Of a stretch of DNA of 64,000 nt, positions 1-13,100 are shown in pieces. How positions within the stretch are numbered: position 1 is the stretch's first letter; each line of letters starts with the position of its first letter. The stretch lies in the IMG/VR virus record IMGVR_UViG_3300025423_000001, positions 1-64,000 of that record; one strand, given 5' to 3'. A program made the position numbers and the translations under genes. This DNA is from a virus. The notes beneath the pieces were generated by a model, which saw nothing but the letters and a program-made list of their open reading frames with translations, was not told where the DNA came from and searched no databases.

Positions 1-2
1 AC

Positions 3-3000
3 ACTGGTGACCTGGAGAAACAGCTCAAAAGCCTGACTGATTCACAGAAGACCCAAGCCGGCCACACTGAGGCTACGATAGCAGGCTATGCCAAAGATAA
101 CACTGACCACGAGTACAAGGCTAAGGCTGAGGAAGCTGTGATAAACCTTGACCATCTGGACGGGCTGTACAAGAAACTCCACCGCACATACTTTGACAAT
201 CACCAGCCTTTAAGCAAAGACGTGGTTGACCATCTGTTCGTGAGGCATGCCCAGCTCCATCTCGATGGGCAGGCCATCACACATGAGGAAGCAAGACTGG
301 CTGAGATGGAAGGCATACAGAACCTGTCATCCCTTGACGGTGCTGCCGGTATGGATGCCGCTGTGTCACAGTGGAATGCCCATGTGCAGTCTGCCAAAGC
401 CGTAGCTGACAACCTGAATAGCGACAGGGAGAAACTGCTCAAGGCTGTTGATAACTTGAAGAGTGATAAGCCGCAGGTTAAGGCCAAAGCCCAGGAGACT
501 ATCAAGGAACTAACAAACCAATACGCCCCTAAGGGCCTGTCTGATACAGCTGGCTTACAGGATTTGGCTGACAAGCTATCTAACCACATTGACAAGCACA
601 ACCAAGACATGAAGGATGCTAGGGACAAACTGGAGCAAGGCTCTGGTTATGCTGCCTGGAAAGAGGCCAACCCCGGTAAGAGCTTCAAAGACTACCAGGA
701 AACCATCATGCAGCACAGCCTATGGCAAGAAGATAAGAACGACCTCGAGACTGCCAAAGCCGTACATGCTATAGCCACAGATAACTTGAAAGACTTGATG
801 AAGGACACAGGTCGCCATGAACTGTACAAGCAGTTTGAGCAACGTAACCGTGAACTCGCCAAGCAGTGGGAAGACAAGGTGAAGGCTGAGAACACACAGG
901 ACTTCCGTAAGCGTATGGAAGACCAGAACTTTGCCAAGCTTACTCTTGAACAGAAACAAGCCGAGATGCACAAGTTGCAACAAACAGTACTTGACCTGAC
1001 CCGTGAAAGGAATGAAGCCTCTGCTGCTTATAACACAGCCAAGGACAAGCTGGCTGCCTTGAGGGATGAGAAAGGTTTCTTTGCCCGTGTCAACGATGAG
1101 ATAAAGCTCAAGGCTGAGATGACCAAGGCCAAGAAACGCATGGAAGCTCTGGACAAGAAACTTGACTTAGTCAAGGAACAACTCAGGCGTGTGGCTGATG
1201 CCGTTGATAAGGCTGGCACCAACGTGGCCAGAGCCGAGCATGTGGTGCAAACAGCTCCGGTGGATAGGACTGATGAGCCTCCTGTTCAAGAAGAAGAGCC
1301 GTTCACGGAGCCTGAACAAGAGCCTGAGAGTGAACAGCCTGAAGAAGAACCGGAGGACGAACACGCCGACCAGCCGCATGAACCTGGGCTGGAGGAAGAC
1401 GAAGACAAGCTACCTGAGGAATACACAGCCCTTGTACAGAAACTCGACCTCAATCCCCGGCAGAAAACTGAGCTTGCCCTGATAGAAGAGAATGCGTGGA
1501 AGAAGCTGCAACAGGCTGACACTAAGGAAAAGCAGGATGCTGTACTATTCCACCTACCCATCATGGACATGCAGAAGGCTAAAATCCCACACTTCGCTGA
1601 GGTGTACACAGCTCTTAGACAGTACCTGAAGCAAAGACTTGCAGACAACAAGGAACCTACCGCTGACCTACAGCCAGAGCCCCCAGCCCCTGTTCCACCC
1701 ACCAGCGAACCAGTTGAAGTTCCTAAGCCCCAGCCATCGGGACAGCCAGAGATGTACTCCGGTAAGCGTAACGAGCGTGGCATGCCTGGGGAGAAGACAC
1801 GCTGGGAGGACACTCCCAAGGTTGTGCAAGCCGGTACTGCCGTGGCCAGCGCTGACGTAGAGTACACAGAGATAACCAAGCCCAGTGGAGAGAAAGGGCT
1901 GAGGAATAAGGTAGCCGACACGGGACAGGTTGAACTAAACCAGAAGACCAGCCTCAGGCGGATGGTGCCAGGGGCTATCAGGGTTGGCGATAAGGTTAGG
2001 CTAGAGATGGATACCAGTGAGAAGAATGGCTTCAAATCCTACACGACCAGTGGCAAGATTGACCTTCACTCCAATGCCCATACCAACATTCCCATCAAGA
2101 TAATCCACGAGGCTACAGGCGAGCTGATAGGCTACCTGCACACCCAGGATTGGCTAAAGGAGAAGGGAAGGAACGTAGCCGAACATTATAAAGATGAGAA
2201 GGGTAATTCTGTCCCTGGTAATCCAGAACGCCAGCTAAAAGAGAATCTCGAGATACGCCAGAAGCTTGCCAGGCTCTATAACCTGAACCCTGATGCCGCT
2301 GTGCTTCACTCAGCCGTGGGGGAACGTACTGGCGGGCAGATATTGTATGCAGCTAAGTACGACCCTGCCACAGGCAAGACCAAGTACATCGAGAACAAGG
2401 TGGTGGATGCCATTCCCCAGCAAGGTTTAACCTATGCCACCGTGGACAGCAAGGGTAGAGTCTATACAGCCAAAGGACAGGAGCTGACAGGCGTGAAGCT
2501 TGCCAGCGACCCCGAAAAGCTAAAGGGAAGTGCCGTGGTACTGCTACCTTTGCCCAACGGAGAACATCACATGGAACCTATATGGACAGAAGCGCTTAAC
2601 CCATCACACATTCGTACTGTGGTTAAGGCGATTGAGACATACATGCTTGCAGGGATGAAAGACCCTTCCGCAGCAAGTACGCTGGCCAAGGTGAAAGAAC
2701 ATACAGGTTTTGACATCTCGACAGCGAAAGGGTTGGAGCATTTCATCGAACAGTATTTCACACACACCACAGGCTTTACCAAAGCCAATACCAGTTCAGC
2801 TGCCCCTGCTGACGTGGATGAAGAAGGCAACACATCCAAGGTACAGAAGTTCATGTTACACATACCTAAAAAGGGCGCACCACCGCAAGCCGGGATTGCC
2901 TTTGGGAACGTGTACCAGTCTGCCAGGATTGTGGACGGCAAGTTGAACCCAGAGTTCAGGCAGCTGCTGGAAAGTGAATTGGCCAAGCGTAACAGGATTG

Positions 3001-3629
3001 TGAACCTTGGCGGGGGTAAGATACGTGGCATCAATGAGCATACAAACCCTAACCTGAAGAATACCCCCTTCAACTCTGTGAGTATCTCTGAAGATGGAAA
3101 GGTAAGCTCTAAGGCTTTCAAGAACTATGACGACTACATGCGCCATCAAACCAGCACGGTTGTGGATGGCACCAACAAAGTAAGGATTGAGAACGACACC
3201 AACCCAGTGCTGAAAGGCAAAGAACACTACGTCTACTCAGCCAACAGCCAGGTGATTATAGACAAGGAAAGCTTGCTGAAAGAAGACTTAGCGCAGAAGG
3301 CTGTAGAATTACCAACTGAGAATATTGCTGAAGTGGGTGTTGTACATGAGCCTGAGGTTGTACCCGTGGAAGACATTGAACAGATAACTCCCAGCATCTT
3401 TGCTGGAGATGACGATGATGTGATTTCCAATGCCTCGAAACTGCCAACCACCGGTATTTTGAAAGTTGACGGGTATCCCATAGATTTGTCCTCTGTGAAC
3501 GAACTAATGACCATGGTACCGACTGATGAGCGTGAACCAGGTTTGACACCTGAAGATGTACTGGAACAGATGAGGCAGTCAGGGCTGTCAGCGATACCGG
3601 AAGGGTACAACCCGTTCAGAAAGTGTTAA
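3..3629 (+). CDS. Giant virion cargo/ejection protein, crAss-like (5'-truncated by window edge)
   Basis: Frame is open from position 3 (ORF track starts at internal GTG 138). Long coiled-coil and acidic Pro/Glu linker. Lies upstream of the virion RNAP, as crAss-like cargo genes do. Confidence 0.6.
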   Translation, partial: TGDLEKQLKSLTDSQKTQAGHTEATIAGYAKDNTDHEYKAKAEEAVINLDHLDGLYKKLHRTYFDNHQPLSKDVVDHLFVRHAQLHLDGQAITHEEARLAEMEGIQNLSSLDGAAGMDAAVSQWNAHVQSAKAVADNLNSDREKLLKAVDNLKSDKPQVKAKAQETIKELTNQYAPKGLSDTAGLQDLADKLSNHIDKHNQDMKDARDKLEQGSGYAAWKEANPGKSFKDYQETIMQHSLWQEDKNDLETAKAVHAIATDNLKDLMKDTGRHELYKQFEQRNRELAKQWEDKVKAENTQDFRKRMEDQNFAKLTLEQKQAEMHKLQQTVLDLTRERNEASAAYNTAKDKLAALRDEKGFFARVNDEIKLKAEMTKAKKRMEALDKKLDLVKEQLRRVADAVDKAGTNVARAEHVVQTAPVDRTDEPPVQEEEPFTEPEQEPESEQPEEEPEDEHADQPHEPGLEEDEDKLPEEYTALVQKLDLNPRQKTELALIEENAWKKLQQADTKEKQDAVLFHLPIMDMQKAKIPHFAEVYTALRQYLKQRLADNKEPTADLQPEPPAPVPPTSEPVEVPKPQPSGQPEMYSGKRNERGMPGEKTRWEDTPKVVQAGTAVASADVEYTEITKPSGEKGLRNKVADTGQVELNQKTSLRRMVPGAIRVGDKVRLEMDTSEKNGFKSYTTSGKIDLHSNAHTNIPIKIIHEATGELIGYLHTQDWLKEKGRNVAEHYKDEKGNSVPGNPERQLKENLEIRQKLARLYNLNPDAAVLHSAVGERTGGQILYAAKYDPATGKTKYIENKVVDAIPQQGLTYATVDSKGRVYTAKGQELTGVKLASDPEKLKGSAVVLLPLPNGEHHMEPIWTEALNPSHIRTVVKAIETYMLAGMKDPSAASTLAKVKEHTGFDISTAKGLEHFIEQYFTHTTGFTKANTSSAAPADVDEEGNTSKVQKFMLHIPKKGAPPQAGIAFGNVYQSARIVDGKLNPEFRQLLESELAKRNRIVNLGGGKIRGINEHTNPNLKNTPFNSVSISEDGKVSSKAFKNYDDYMRHQTSTVVDGTNKVRIENDTNPVLKGKEHYVYSANSQVIIDKESLLKEDLAQKAVELPTENIAEVGVVHEPEVVPVEDIEQITPSIFAGDDDDVISNASKLPTTGILKVDGYPIDLSSVNELMTMVPTDEREPGLTPEDVLEQMRQSGLSAIPEGYNPFRKC

Positions 3630-3644
3630 ACCTTAACTCAATAT

Positions 3645-4088
3645 ATGAAACGACTCTCAGTAGTGTTAATGCTTGCATTTACAAGTATCTACGCACATAG
3701 CCAACTAATTTTCTCAGTAAAACATTACCAAGCTCCTATAATGTATGCCAAAATTGTAGTACAGGGAAAACCAACTTATAATCGGCCTTGGGGTAAAAAC
3801 GTATTTGTTGACTATGACACACTGTTTAAGTCGTATCAATTATTGTACATGAATGAAGAAGGTGAGGTAGAGAAATTAAGATTTAAATATATCACTACAG
3901 AGAAAGAGCGTATTTATAACAGTATTCCAGACCTTGTTCGAGAAGAACAAACAACTGGAGATATTGGTTTATGGTACGTATTCAATACATTAAGCATTGA
4001 TGGTAGACTATCTTTTTTGAACTACGCAAGCACAATAGCTGATGGAGAGAAGTGGATAATTGTCGATAACAACACGTTGATACAATAA
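3645..4088 (+). CDS. AT-rich secreted/periplasmic hypothetical protein (moron-like)
   Basis: N-terminal Sec signal MKRLSVVLMLAFTSIYAHSQ; visibly more AT-rich than flanking genes. Confidence 0.6.
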   Translation: MKRLSVVLMLAFTSIYAHSQLIFSVKHYQAPIMYAKIVVQGKPTYNRPWGKNVFVDYDTLFKSYQLLYMNEEGEVEKLRFKYITTEKERIYNSIPDLVREEQTTGDIGLWYVFNTLSIDGRLSFLNYASTIADGEKWIIVDNNTLIQ

Positions 4089-4133
4089 CCACATTCTACT
4101 CTAAATTAATCCAAATATCCAAATCTCTATCCT

Positions 4134-7100
4134 ATGAATTGCAATAAAGTAGCCGTACCCGGCACAGACACGCCATCCCTGCTGTATGCAGGTCTCGAAC
4201 AGAAGTACGGTGAAGACCGGGCTTTACAAGTGTGGGCTTGGGCACACCAGCGTAACTGGGCCGAGCACGATGAACACGGTGAGCCGACACTGGCCGCCGT
4301 GGAAGCTGCATTACCACAGCCTAAGGCTGAGGATGAAATTGTCAATGCTGCTAAAGAAGAGGAGCCAAAGGACTACGCCCATATCGCCCAGCCAGAACCC
4401 AATCCCCTCGACATCAATCCTGCCGTACTCGACAAGCAGCTCGAACTTACCACTGTGAAGCTACCTGATGGAGGTTACTGGGAAGCCAGCAAGCAGGAGC
4501 AGGTGGTGGATACTATACAATACGGGTTATTCAACACTTTTCCTAAAGCCATGACAGATGCTGCCGTACAGGAGCAGATTAAGGCTAAGGGCCAGACAAC
4601 ACTCAGCTACGTCAAGGATGAGATACTCAAGGGCTTCAAGAAAATGCGTGACCAGTACGCCAACATTGAAGCCAACAAAAACTCCAAGGTAACACCTACG
4701 GCTGTGACAAAGGAAAGGCTCAACTCCCTCAACGCCATCATTCACAGCTTCGACACCCCTCGAGGTTTCTGGCATTTCACCATGGAGCGCCTGAAGAACA
4801 TGGGCATCGAGTTCAAGAGTGACGGTACCCTCGAAGAAGGCATCAAGCCTGAGACGCTGGAAGCTATGAACAACGAGGCTTACGAAAAAACTGGGGATGC
4901 CAGCAAAGAGATAGACTTGCAAGACAGTACAGGGGTGAGAGACCACTTTGTAGACAGTTTTGGGATAAACCAAAAACAAACCACATCAACCCTAATGAAA
5001 ATGTTGATGGGAAATGTGGAACAAAGCAAGTTCTCTGACACAGCCAACTTACGTACTACTCAGATTACAACAGCTAATCCTGAAACTCGCAAAGCTATTT
5101 TAGCCGGTAAGAAAACTGACCTTATTTTATCCTCATACCTTAGCAAGGAAAGATGGAAAGGGCCAGAACCCATATTTGCCAAAGATACCATCAACCAAGA
5201 AGCTACCCCAGAAGAAAAGCGCCGAGGCACACAGGTAATGACTAAGATTGACGGTGTGACAGCCAGGCTTTCTGCAGGCAATGCACTGACAGAGGCAGAC
5301 TTAACACCGGACTTTGTAAATAGAATTGAACGCGAGGAGGACTATACACCACAGGTTGGCGACATCCCCATGCACATCACGCTGTACCCGAAAGGCACTA
5401 CAGACCTCGTGCCAGAGAAGAACTTCCTCAACCTCAACCGTGTGGCAGACTTCAACGAGATGTATGCTGCCACGATGGGGCACTTGGTTGGTATGGAGCC
5501 TAACTTCCAAGGCTACCTGAAAGCACTCAAGGAAGCTCCCATACCCAACCTACGAAAACTAGCTGAGAAATTGGAGAAGCAACCCGTGCACATACAGAAC
5601 CAGTTCGTGCAGGCATTCTCCGGCCAATACCGTAAGATGCAGATGGTGCTGGTACGCAAGGCTGACACCGGGTTCCTCGAGAGCCGTGTGATAGACAGTA
5701 ACCAGGGTAACGAGCTGAACTCCATCATCAATATTTGGAAGGAAAACCAGAAGGCTAACGAAGACCTCTGGACTACCGACGCGAATGGCAAGAAGATAAT
5801 CAACAAGGCCAACGTGGCCGGACTGTGGAAGGAACTCAAGGCGCTGAACAACACTTTCCGTGACAGCGACAGGAAGACACAGGAATGGAAAGAGCAGGCC
5901 CGTGCCTTGTTCAAGAAGACGTTGGACATGAACGGCATCCATCTCTCAGACGAGGCTATGACCTACCTCTGGGACAAGTTTGGCAAGGGTGAGAGGCTGA
6001 ACAAGAACTCCACACTCAGCCTGATAGGGGATGGCTTCACACAGGAAGGCAAGCCCAACAGTATGGCCGAGGCACTGATTGCCCGCATGAACGGCAAGCT
6101 TGATAACGACGGCGAAGGTGAGGAAGGAGATGTAGACGAGGACGCTTACAAGGTGAACAACCCTATCTACACGGAGCAGAGCAGCATGAAGTGGCTGGCT
6201 GCGGCAGAAGCCAAGTTCGCCAAAAACATCCACACCAACACATTCAAAAATTCAGAAGGCAAGACGATATACGGCTATGGCTTTAACACAGCCTTGAGCC
6301 ATGCAGTACGCAGGTTTAATGAAGACCCTGCTGCTTACAAGGCCACCATGTCCGAGTCTCCATACAACTACAGAAGTTGGCTCTTCAGCCATAAGAAAGG
6401 CATCGAACTATCTTACATGGACGGGCTGCGTAATGAATACGGAGAAGGGGACAAGGAAGGCGTGACCCGTACAGACATGAGTGACAGGGAACAATGGGCT
6501 ACAGTGCTGGCTCTATTCCAGTCGGGTAGGTTTGTGAGCCTTACACACTCGGACAAGACTACAAGCCCTGTGTTTGGCGGGGGCATCCTTATGAGCCCGG
6601 AATACGTGATAGACAAGGATACCAACGGCTCCCCAGCATTCTCCACTAACGTGATTGACGACATCTACCAGCATGTGTTCTTGGCTGAGCACGAAAGGAT
6701 GCAGTCACAGGCTGCACACAACATCAAGAACTACGACATAGCCAAAGACCTGTTCTACTTGCTACCCATCTTTAACAGGGAAAGTATGCAGGAGATGGTA
6801 AAGGAAGGAAGAATTAGCCAAGGCCACTACAATACCATCTGGGGACAAGACGGAACTATCAACGGCGTAGACACACAAAACTTTGCACCAGCAGTTAAAG
6901 CCATCATCAAAAGCCATCTGGATGAGATGGTTGAGCAAACATTACAGACTTGGCAAGATAGCAAGCTGTTAGATGGCCGGATACCACTGACTGATAAGTA
7001 CACACGCAGGCTGCTGCAGTATATGGATGTGCACCCCAGCGGGAAGGAATGGTGGAAAAAACCTCTTGACAAACGTACATGGAAAGATTCCATAGACACT

Positions 7101-10100
7101 CTCATTCCCACCGATGTTGTAAGAAGTTCCGCACTTAGCATGGTTGCCATGCACTACACAGCCAATGCCTTCCTCATCAACACAGGGCTGACACAGGCAT
7201 TCTTTGGAGACCCGGCCATGGCCTTTAAACCTGGCAAGCAGGATATGACAACCGTGGAGAAAGATGGTATGAAAGTGAAACAGGTAGCCGAAGGACGGCA
7301 AGAAGCCGTTGTACTGGCAGCCTTAGACCAATATGGCAAAAGGCTGGCTAAGGACATAGCTCCCGGCGCTGACAGGGACTACTCCGACAACCCCCACTAT
7401 TCAGCCATCACCGTGGCAGATTACGAGCCGATAGCTAAAGAGTTGGCCGGTGTGCCCGGGTATGAAAAAGGCGTGGCCGGTACAGACGCCCAAGAACTAA
7501 TTACCACAGCCGAGAAGCTGTATGGCCTATGGAAAGATGGTAAGATTGACAAGCCTACGTACGACCGTGGCATCAACATAATCGAGGCTGCCAAGGGCGG
7601 CTTCTATACATTTGAGAATGACCCGCAACTCAAGGGCCTCATCTTCCAAGCTGGCAAGCCCATGGTTGGGGGAATGGTGGCAGACGGAGACGTAATGCGC
7701 TATGACTACGTGAAATCTTCTGATGTTGCCTTGTACCCGCCAATGACAGCAGGGCGTGAGATTGACAAGCTACGCACAGCCATGGAAACCCAAAAGATTG
7801 ACAGGCTGGCTTACTCCTCAGCCAAAAAGATTGGTGCGCCTAAGGATGCTGTAAGTCTATTCTCCAAAGATGGTACCATAGATGAGAAAGTATTCAAATC
7901 TCCTGAGTGGCAGGCTTCTGTGCAGAAACTTGATAGGGCTAACATGCGTATCCAGCAAGAAATTGTACATGAACCGGATAAAGCCCATGTGCTTATTGTA
8001 AGTCAGATGAATAAGAACCTTACAGAACATTTGGCAACTATAAGAGGATTATTAGACTATAAAGGGGAACATATTACCGGCGCAAGGTTAAGGCAGATAA
8101 AGGAGGATTTAGTCAATCAAATGACTGAAAAAAATCATCAACACTTTCTTGAACAAACAGGCGCTGATGAAAGAGCAGATGGCTCTGTCTATCTCAAAGC
8201 CCCACGCAAGTTCTACAAGGTACTGGCTGAAGAAGCTGCTACTGGAGCTGGGTACGGGAACAACGACTTGCTCCAGCTATCCTCTTTCCTTGATGGCAAA
8301 GATGAGCTAACAGTTCCCCTTTATCTCGCAGCCAGCGCCAGCAAGTTCGAGGCTAAAATGATGAGCATGATACAGAAGATTGTCAAAATCAAAGTACCAG
8401 GCCACAGCTTTGTACAGGCATCTTCTGCTGGCTTCGGACGCATCACCACAGATGAAGGGCTGGATAAGAGTGGCATCACATGGGTAGGAGAGCCGTTGAA
8501 AAGTGAGTTGCAGACAGCAAGACAGGACGGTGAAGGTAAGACCATCCCTGCCCAGATACTTGTCTCCTCAGCCCACTTTAAGCGTATCATGGGACAGGAC
8601 ATCAAGGACTTCATCAAAGATGGCAAACTCGAATTGAGCGATGACCAGAAGAAGATGATGCAAATGGTGCTAGCCCGTATCCCCAACCAAGGGCATTCTT
8701 CCATGCTTGTGGCCGAGATTGCTGGCTTCTTGCCAGAGACCATGGCTGACACGATGATGGTGCCGATGGCCATCACCAAGCAGATGGGTTCTGACTTTGA
8801 CGTGGACAAGGTGTACACTTACAACCGCACGCCGCACGGTGGGCTAGAGAACGACTACTTTGATGTGCACTGGAGTGTACTGACACACCCGGAGATGTAC
8901 CAGAGCATGATGAAACCGCTGGACATTGACGACGCCAAGGAAGAAGCCAAGCTGCTGGCTGACAAGAAAACCAGCATGAACTACTTCTCACCAGCCTACC
9001 AGATGCAGGACTTCCAGTCTATGAAGGGTGCCAAGGTGCTTGTGGGGCAGACTTCACTGGCACTGACACACAACGCTGAGGTGCAGAATAAAGACCTGCC
9101 ACTTATCACCAAGACACCTGAAGGAGACAAACAGGCTTCCATCGTGGTACTGGATGATGATGGCAAAGAGCTGCACTTGACACACCTATCTGGGTATGGG
9201 GTGAGCACTTACACTAACAGCAAAGGCGAGAAGCTGCAACGCTCCAAGTCTGACAACATACAGATACAGCAGTCCGAATCTGTTGACCATGCTAATAACA
9301 GGATAGTAGACAAGTTGAACTTGACGCCAGATACATGGACGGCTTCCAATGCTATCAGCCGGTTACAAAGTCGAGACAATGGCACACCAGGTAAGGAAGA
9401 CTTTGAACCAGGCCAAGCGCTGCCATTCAGTTTCAACGCCCGCCTGCTTATGCAGCCTATCATACGAGAATTCTCCAAGGAGATGAGTGTAAGCAACGAC
9501 AGCCTTTCCAACAAGTTCATACCGAATGTAAAGCTATCTGTATTTGATGGGCTAAGAAACAAATACATGACTGAACTCAAGATAGAACTTAGTGGTAAGC
9601 GCAAAGAACTGGAGGCTATTGAGAAGCCTGAGGACAAGGCAGCCATGCTGAAGACTATTACTGATGAACCACTGCCAGAGCATATACAAGACATTGTGGA
9701 CAACCACAAATTTAATCCCGAAGGTTTGCATGAGACATTCCTGATGGGTCAGAAGGCCAAACCTGAAGCAGAGTTCTACGCCCGTCAGCTTGCAGCTCTA
9801 TCCTTGTATGAGCAGTTCGATGGGGTAGGCTCTCAGATTGTAACCTTACAGAGCGTCATGAGCCAGAATACACGTGGAGCTGGGGCCAACATGCTGGATG
9901 CCTGGAACGTAGTGGAGAAGAGAGCTAAGCTCGGCACTAACATCTCCGAGCCAATCCTACTGGGCAACACACAGTCTTTGTTTGGCAACAATGAAGTAGG
10001 CACCACATACGCACGTACCATCGGTACAGCTACATCCCTCTACCATGATATACTCCCATACCACAAGATACTGCCACTCTACGGCTATGTACAGGAGCAG

Positions 10101-13100
10101 GCTGGTAGGGGTGGGGTAGATATGAGCCCTAAGAACAAGTCCACCATATTCCGTGCACTTAAGCATTTCATGTACTCCCACTCAGAGCTTGGCTTGTACA
10201 CAGATGCGCAGAATGAAAGAACACGCCTGCTGTTCTCCGGTGAAGGCAGGCAGAGCCTTGCTGCCCGTGTGCAGGAGGCCAAGATGACTTGGGGACGGAA
10301 CGACCACTTGCTGGCAAGGCTCAGCACAGACATCAACCTTGATGGCCAGGCCCCAGATAGGGTAGAGTACTCAGCTTCTAAGGTGATGGATGGCAACGAA
10401 CAGATTGAGAATGAACGCTCGTGGCTCTCAGGTTTAAAAAGCGAAGACCCCAAGGTACGTGGGTTGTTCGAGGACTTGATACGCTACAACTATGTGACAG
10501 GCGGCTTACAGAATGCACGCAACTTCGTCAAGTTCATTCCGTGGGCTGCGATAGAAGGCTCAGGCATTGCCGCAGGGCTGAGAAGCTTGGACAGTAGGCT
10601 TGCCAACGCGGCAGCCAGCCGTGCACTCCGTGAGCAGATATTCCAGCACAACCCAGAGATGGCCAGGCAGTTGTCCAGAGACATGAGTGAGACAGACAGG
10701 CCGTTGAAGAAAGGTAAAAGGCCGGGTACCACGTTCTCGCTCGACAGGCCAATAGAGGGAGGTAACAACAGAGCTAAGAGTATGCTCGTGGAAGTGACAG
10801 GGCCGGATGGTAAAAAGATTACCACATTACCTGATTACGTGAGCTATCGTGACGGCAAAGACATGCGCCTGTACAAGGCTGTAGAATGGGGACAGAAAGT
10901 AGTCTATAGGCAGATTGACACCCTTGGGGATAAGAAAGCCGGGATAGTTGAATACGCAGCCAATGCCACACGTGAGGTACGCTCGTTGGTAAAGGCTAAC
11001 CGTGTACCTGACGAACCGGCCCTGATACGTGGCGAGAAGATAGAGAACAAGAGCATAGCCCAGAAAGTGATGGGGCAAGTTGGCTTACCTGAGACTGAAG
11101 GTGGCCATGCAGATTTACACACAGCCCTACAAAGGATTTCTGTAGACCCTGAGCAGCCTGAGTACATTAGCACCATGGCCGGCATGCTTAGCAAGCTCCA
11201 GCGCAATGTGGTGGAGGATACAGCTTACTCATCTCTGTTCAAGCTGGATAAAGAATTCTCCTTACGTGTGGCAGACCTCGGCACTGGAGACAGGGCAAGA
11301 TTTGACAGTATTGGCAACTCCATGGTTATTAACTCCCAAGGGCTGAGTGACAAAACCAGTGCTGCCCAGGACATCATCCACGAGACGATGCACTACCACA
11401 CCGGCCTGCTTTACGCAGCCTATGAAGGGCCGGAGATGTGGGAGCGGAAAGGATACAGTGAAGGGCTGAAGAAGAAGCTTGGGCAGGTACGCGAGATGAT
11501 AGATAATAACCCAGACTTCAAGAAGAAATTGGATGCGCTGGATAAAGTGCGCAAAGAAGCTTACGAAGAGTTCAGCCAACGCGTAATCAATCGAATTGGC
11601 ATGGACAGGTGGAAAGCTGAGACATCTAAGAACGAAGGGCAGTTCGGCATTCTACACTACGCCTTATCCAGCCCGACAGAATTCATAGCACACTTGTTTA
11701 CACACAGGCAGACAATGGATTTCTTGAACGGCTTGCCTGCCAACAAAGAAGGACGTGGATTGCTGGAACGTGTAACTGACGCACTCAAAAACATCTGGGC
11801 CCATTTATCGAAGGCACTGGGCATCAAGCAGGGTAGCAAGATGGAAGAAGCAGCAGCCCACGCCATAGACATACTTACACATAGCCAGCTGTCTAAGGCT
11901 GATATGTTTGATAGCACTGCTGCAGATTTAAGCTTGATGAATGCCAGCATTTGGAACGCAGCCAAGAACCCATTCAAAGCAGATGACACACCTATAGGAA
12001 GATTGAAAGGTAAGCTGGAGGAAGAACGCCGCTCTCTTATTGGCAGCCAGACAGGATTGAAAGACCCAACCACCAGGGACGAGCTGAGAAGAAGGATTGA
12101 AACATTGAAAGCCCAACATGAAGACTTGTCAGAAACAGCCGATTTGCAACGTATCCCTGTCATAGCCAAAGAACATCTTGATTGGGTGCAAAGAGTGCTT
12201 GAAAGAGAGAACCCTTCACGCAACGAACTTACTGCTGCCAACAGCCTTGCCAACCTGTGGGCGTATGCAGACACCATAGACTCAACGCTGACAGGCCGGG
12301 CAGTAGAGGCTATCCGCAACCTTGTACCCAAGATGAAAGACTTGATGATACAGGAAAGTGGTGGAAGCCTGAGTGCTGCCAGCTTTGACCAGATGCAAGA
12401 CTCGGCTGCAATAGAGGCTTATCTCCGTTCGGCCAACCAATCAGCCAAGAACAAACCGGTACAGTGGCTCTCGACTTACATCGAAAAGGCTGTGCATGGG
12501 GAAGATGAAGAAGTGCGCCGTAATCACATCGCACACATGGAATTGAAAAAAGACATGGTGGAATGGGGTAAGTCACACGGTATGGGATTGAAAGAAGTAT
12601 ATGGTAAACTAACCCGGAATGAAAGCAAAGCCTGGGGTCTTGTTACAGAACACAGCCAAACCTGGGACGATTGGAGGGAAGAGTTGCAGAACAAACGCAA
12701 TGGTGCCATCCGTGCAATAGACACCAACCAAGGGCTGACTGATGCTGAAAAGGCCACCCACCGTAAGCGTGTGTGGGATAAGTTTTGGGCTGATACCCGT
12801 GAGAAGTCTGTGTTTGTGGATACACGTAAGTTCTTTGACCCGATGACCGGGGAACTGAAGGCTGGCGAAGACTTTGACAAAGCTCATACCGCTCTTGTCA
12901 AGGAGCTTGGTGCAGATAGGGCTGATAGGCTGGTGAAGGAAGCACAGGAGAAGTACAAGAAGTACGTGGAGGACAGAACTATCCGTATGCAAGGGTTGGA
13001 TATGGACTACGAACGAGATATTGCCATTGTGGATGCCATGCCTGAGGGTACCCCTGAGCAGAAAGCTGCCAAGGACGCGGCCCGTAAGGATGTGCAAGAG

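Noticed and set aside
7960-8160. AT-richer patch inside the RNAP gene as a possible intron or intein
   Set aside because: Frame stays open with no intein or splice motifs; more likely a recombination patch or local composition noise
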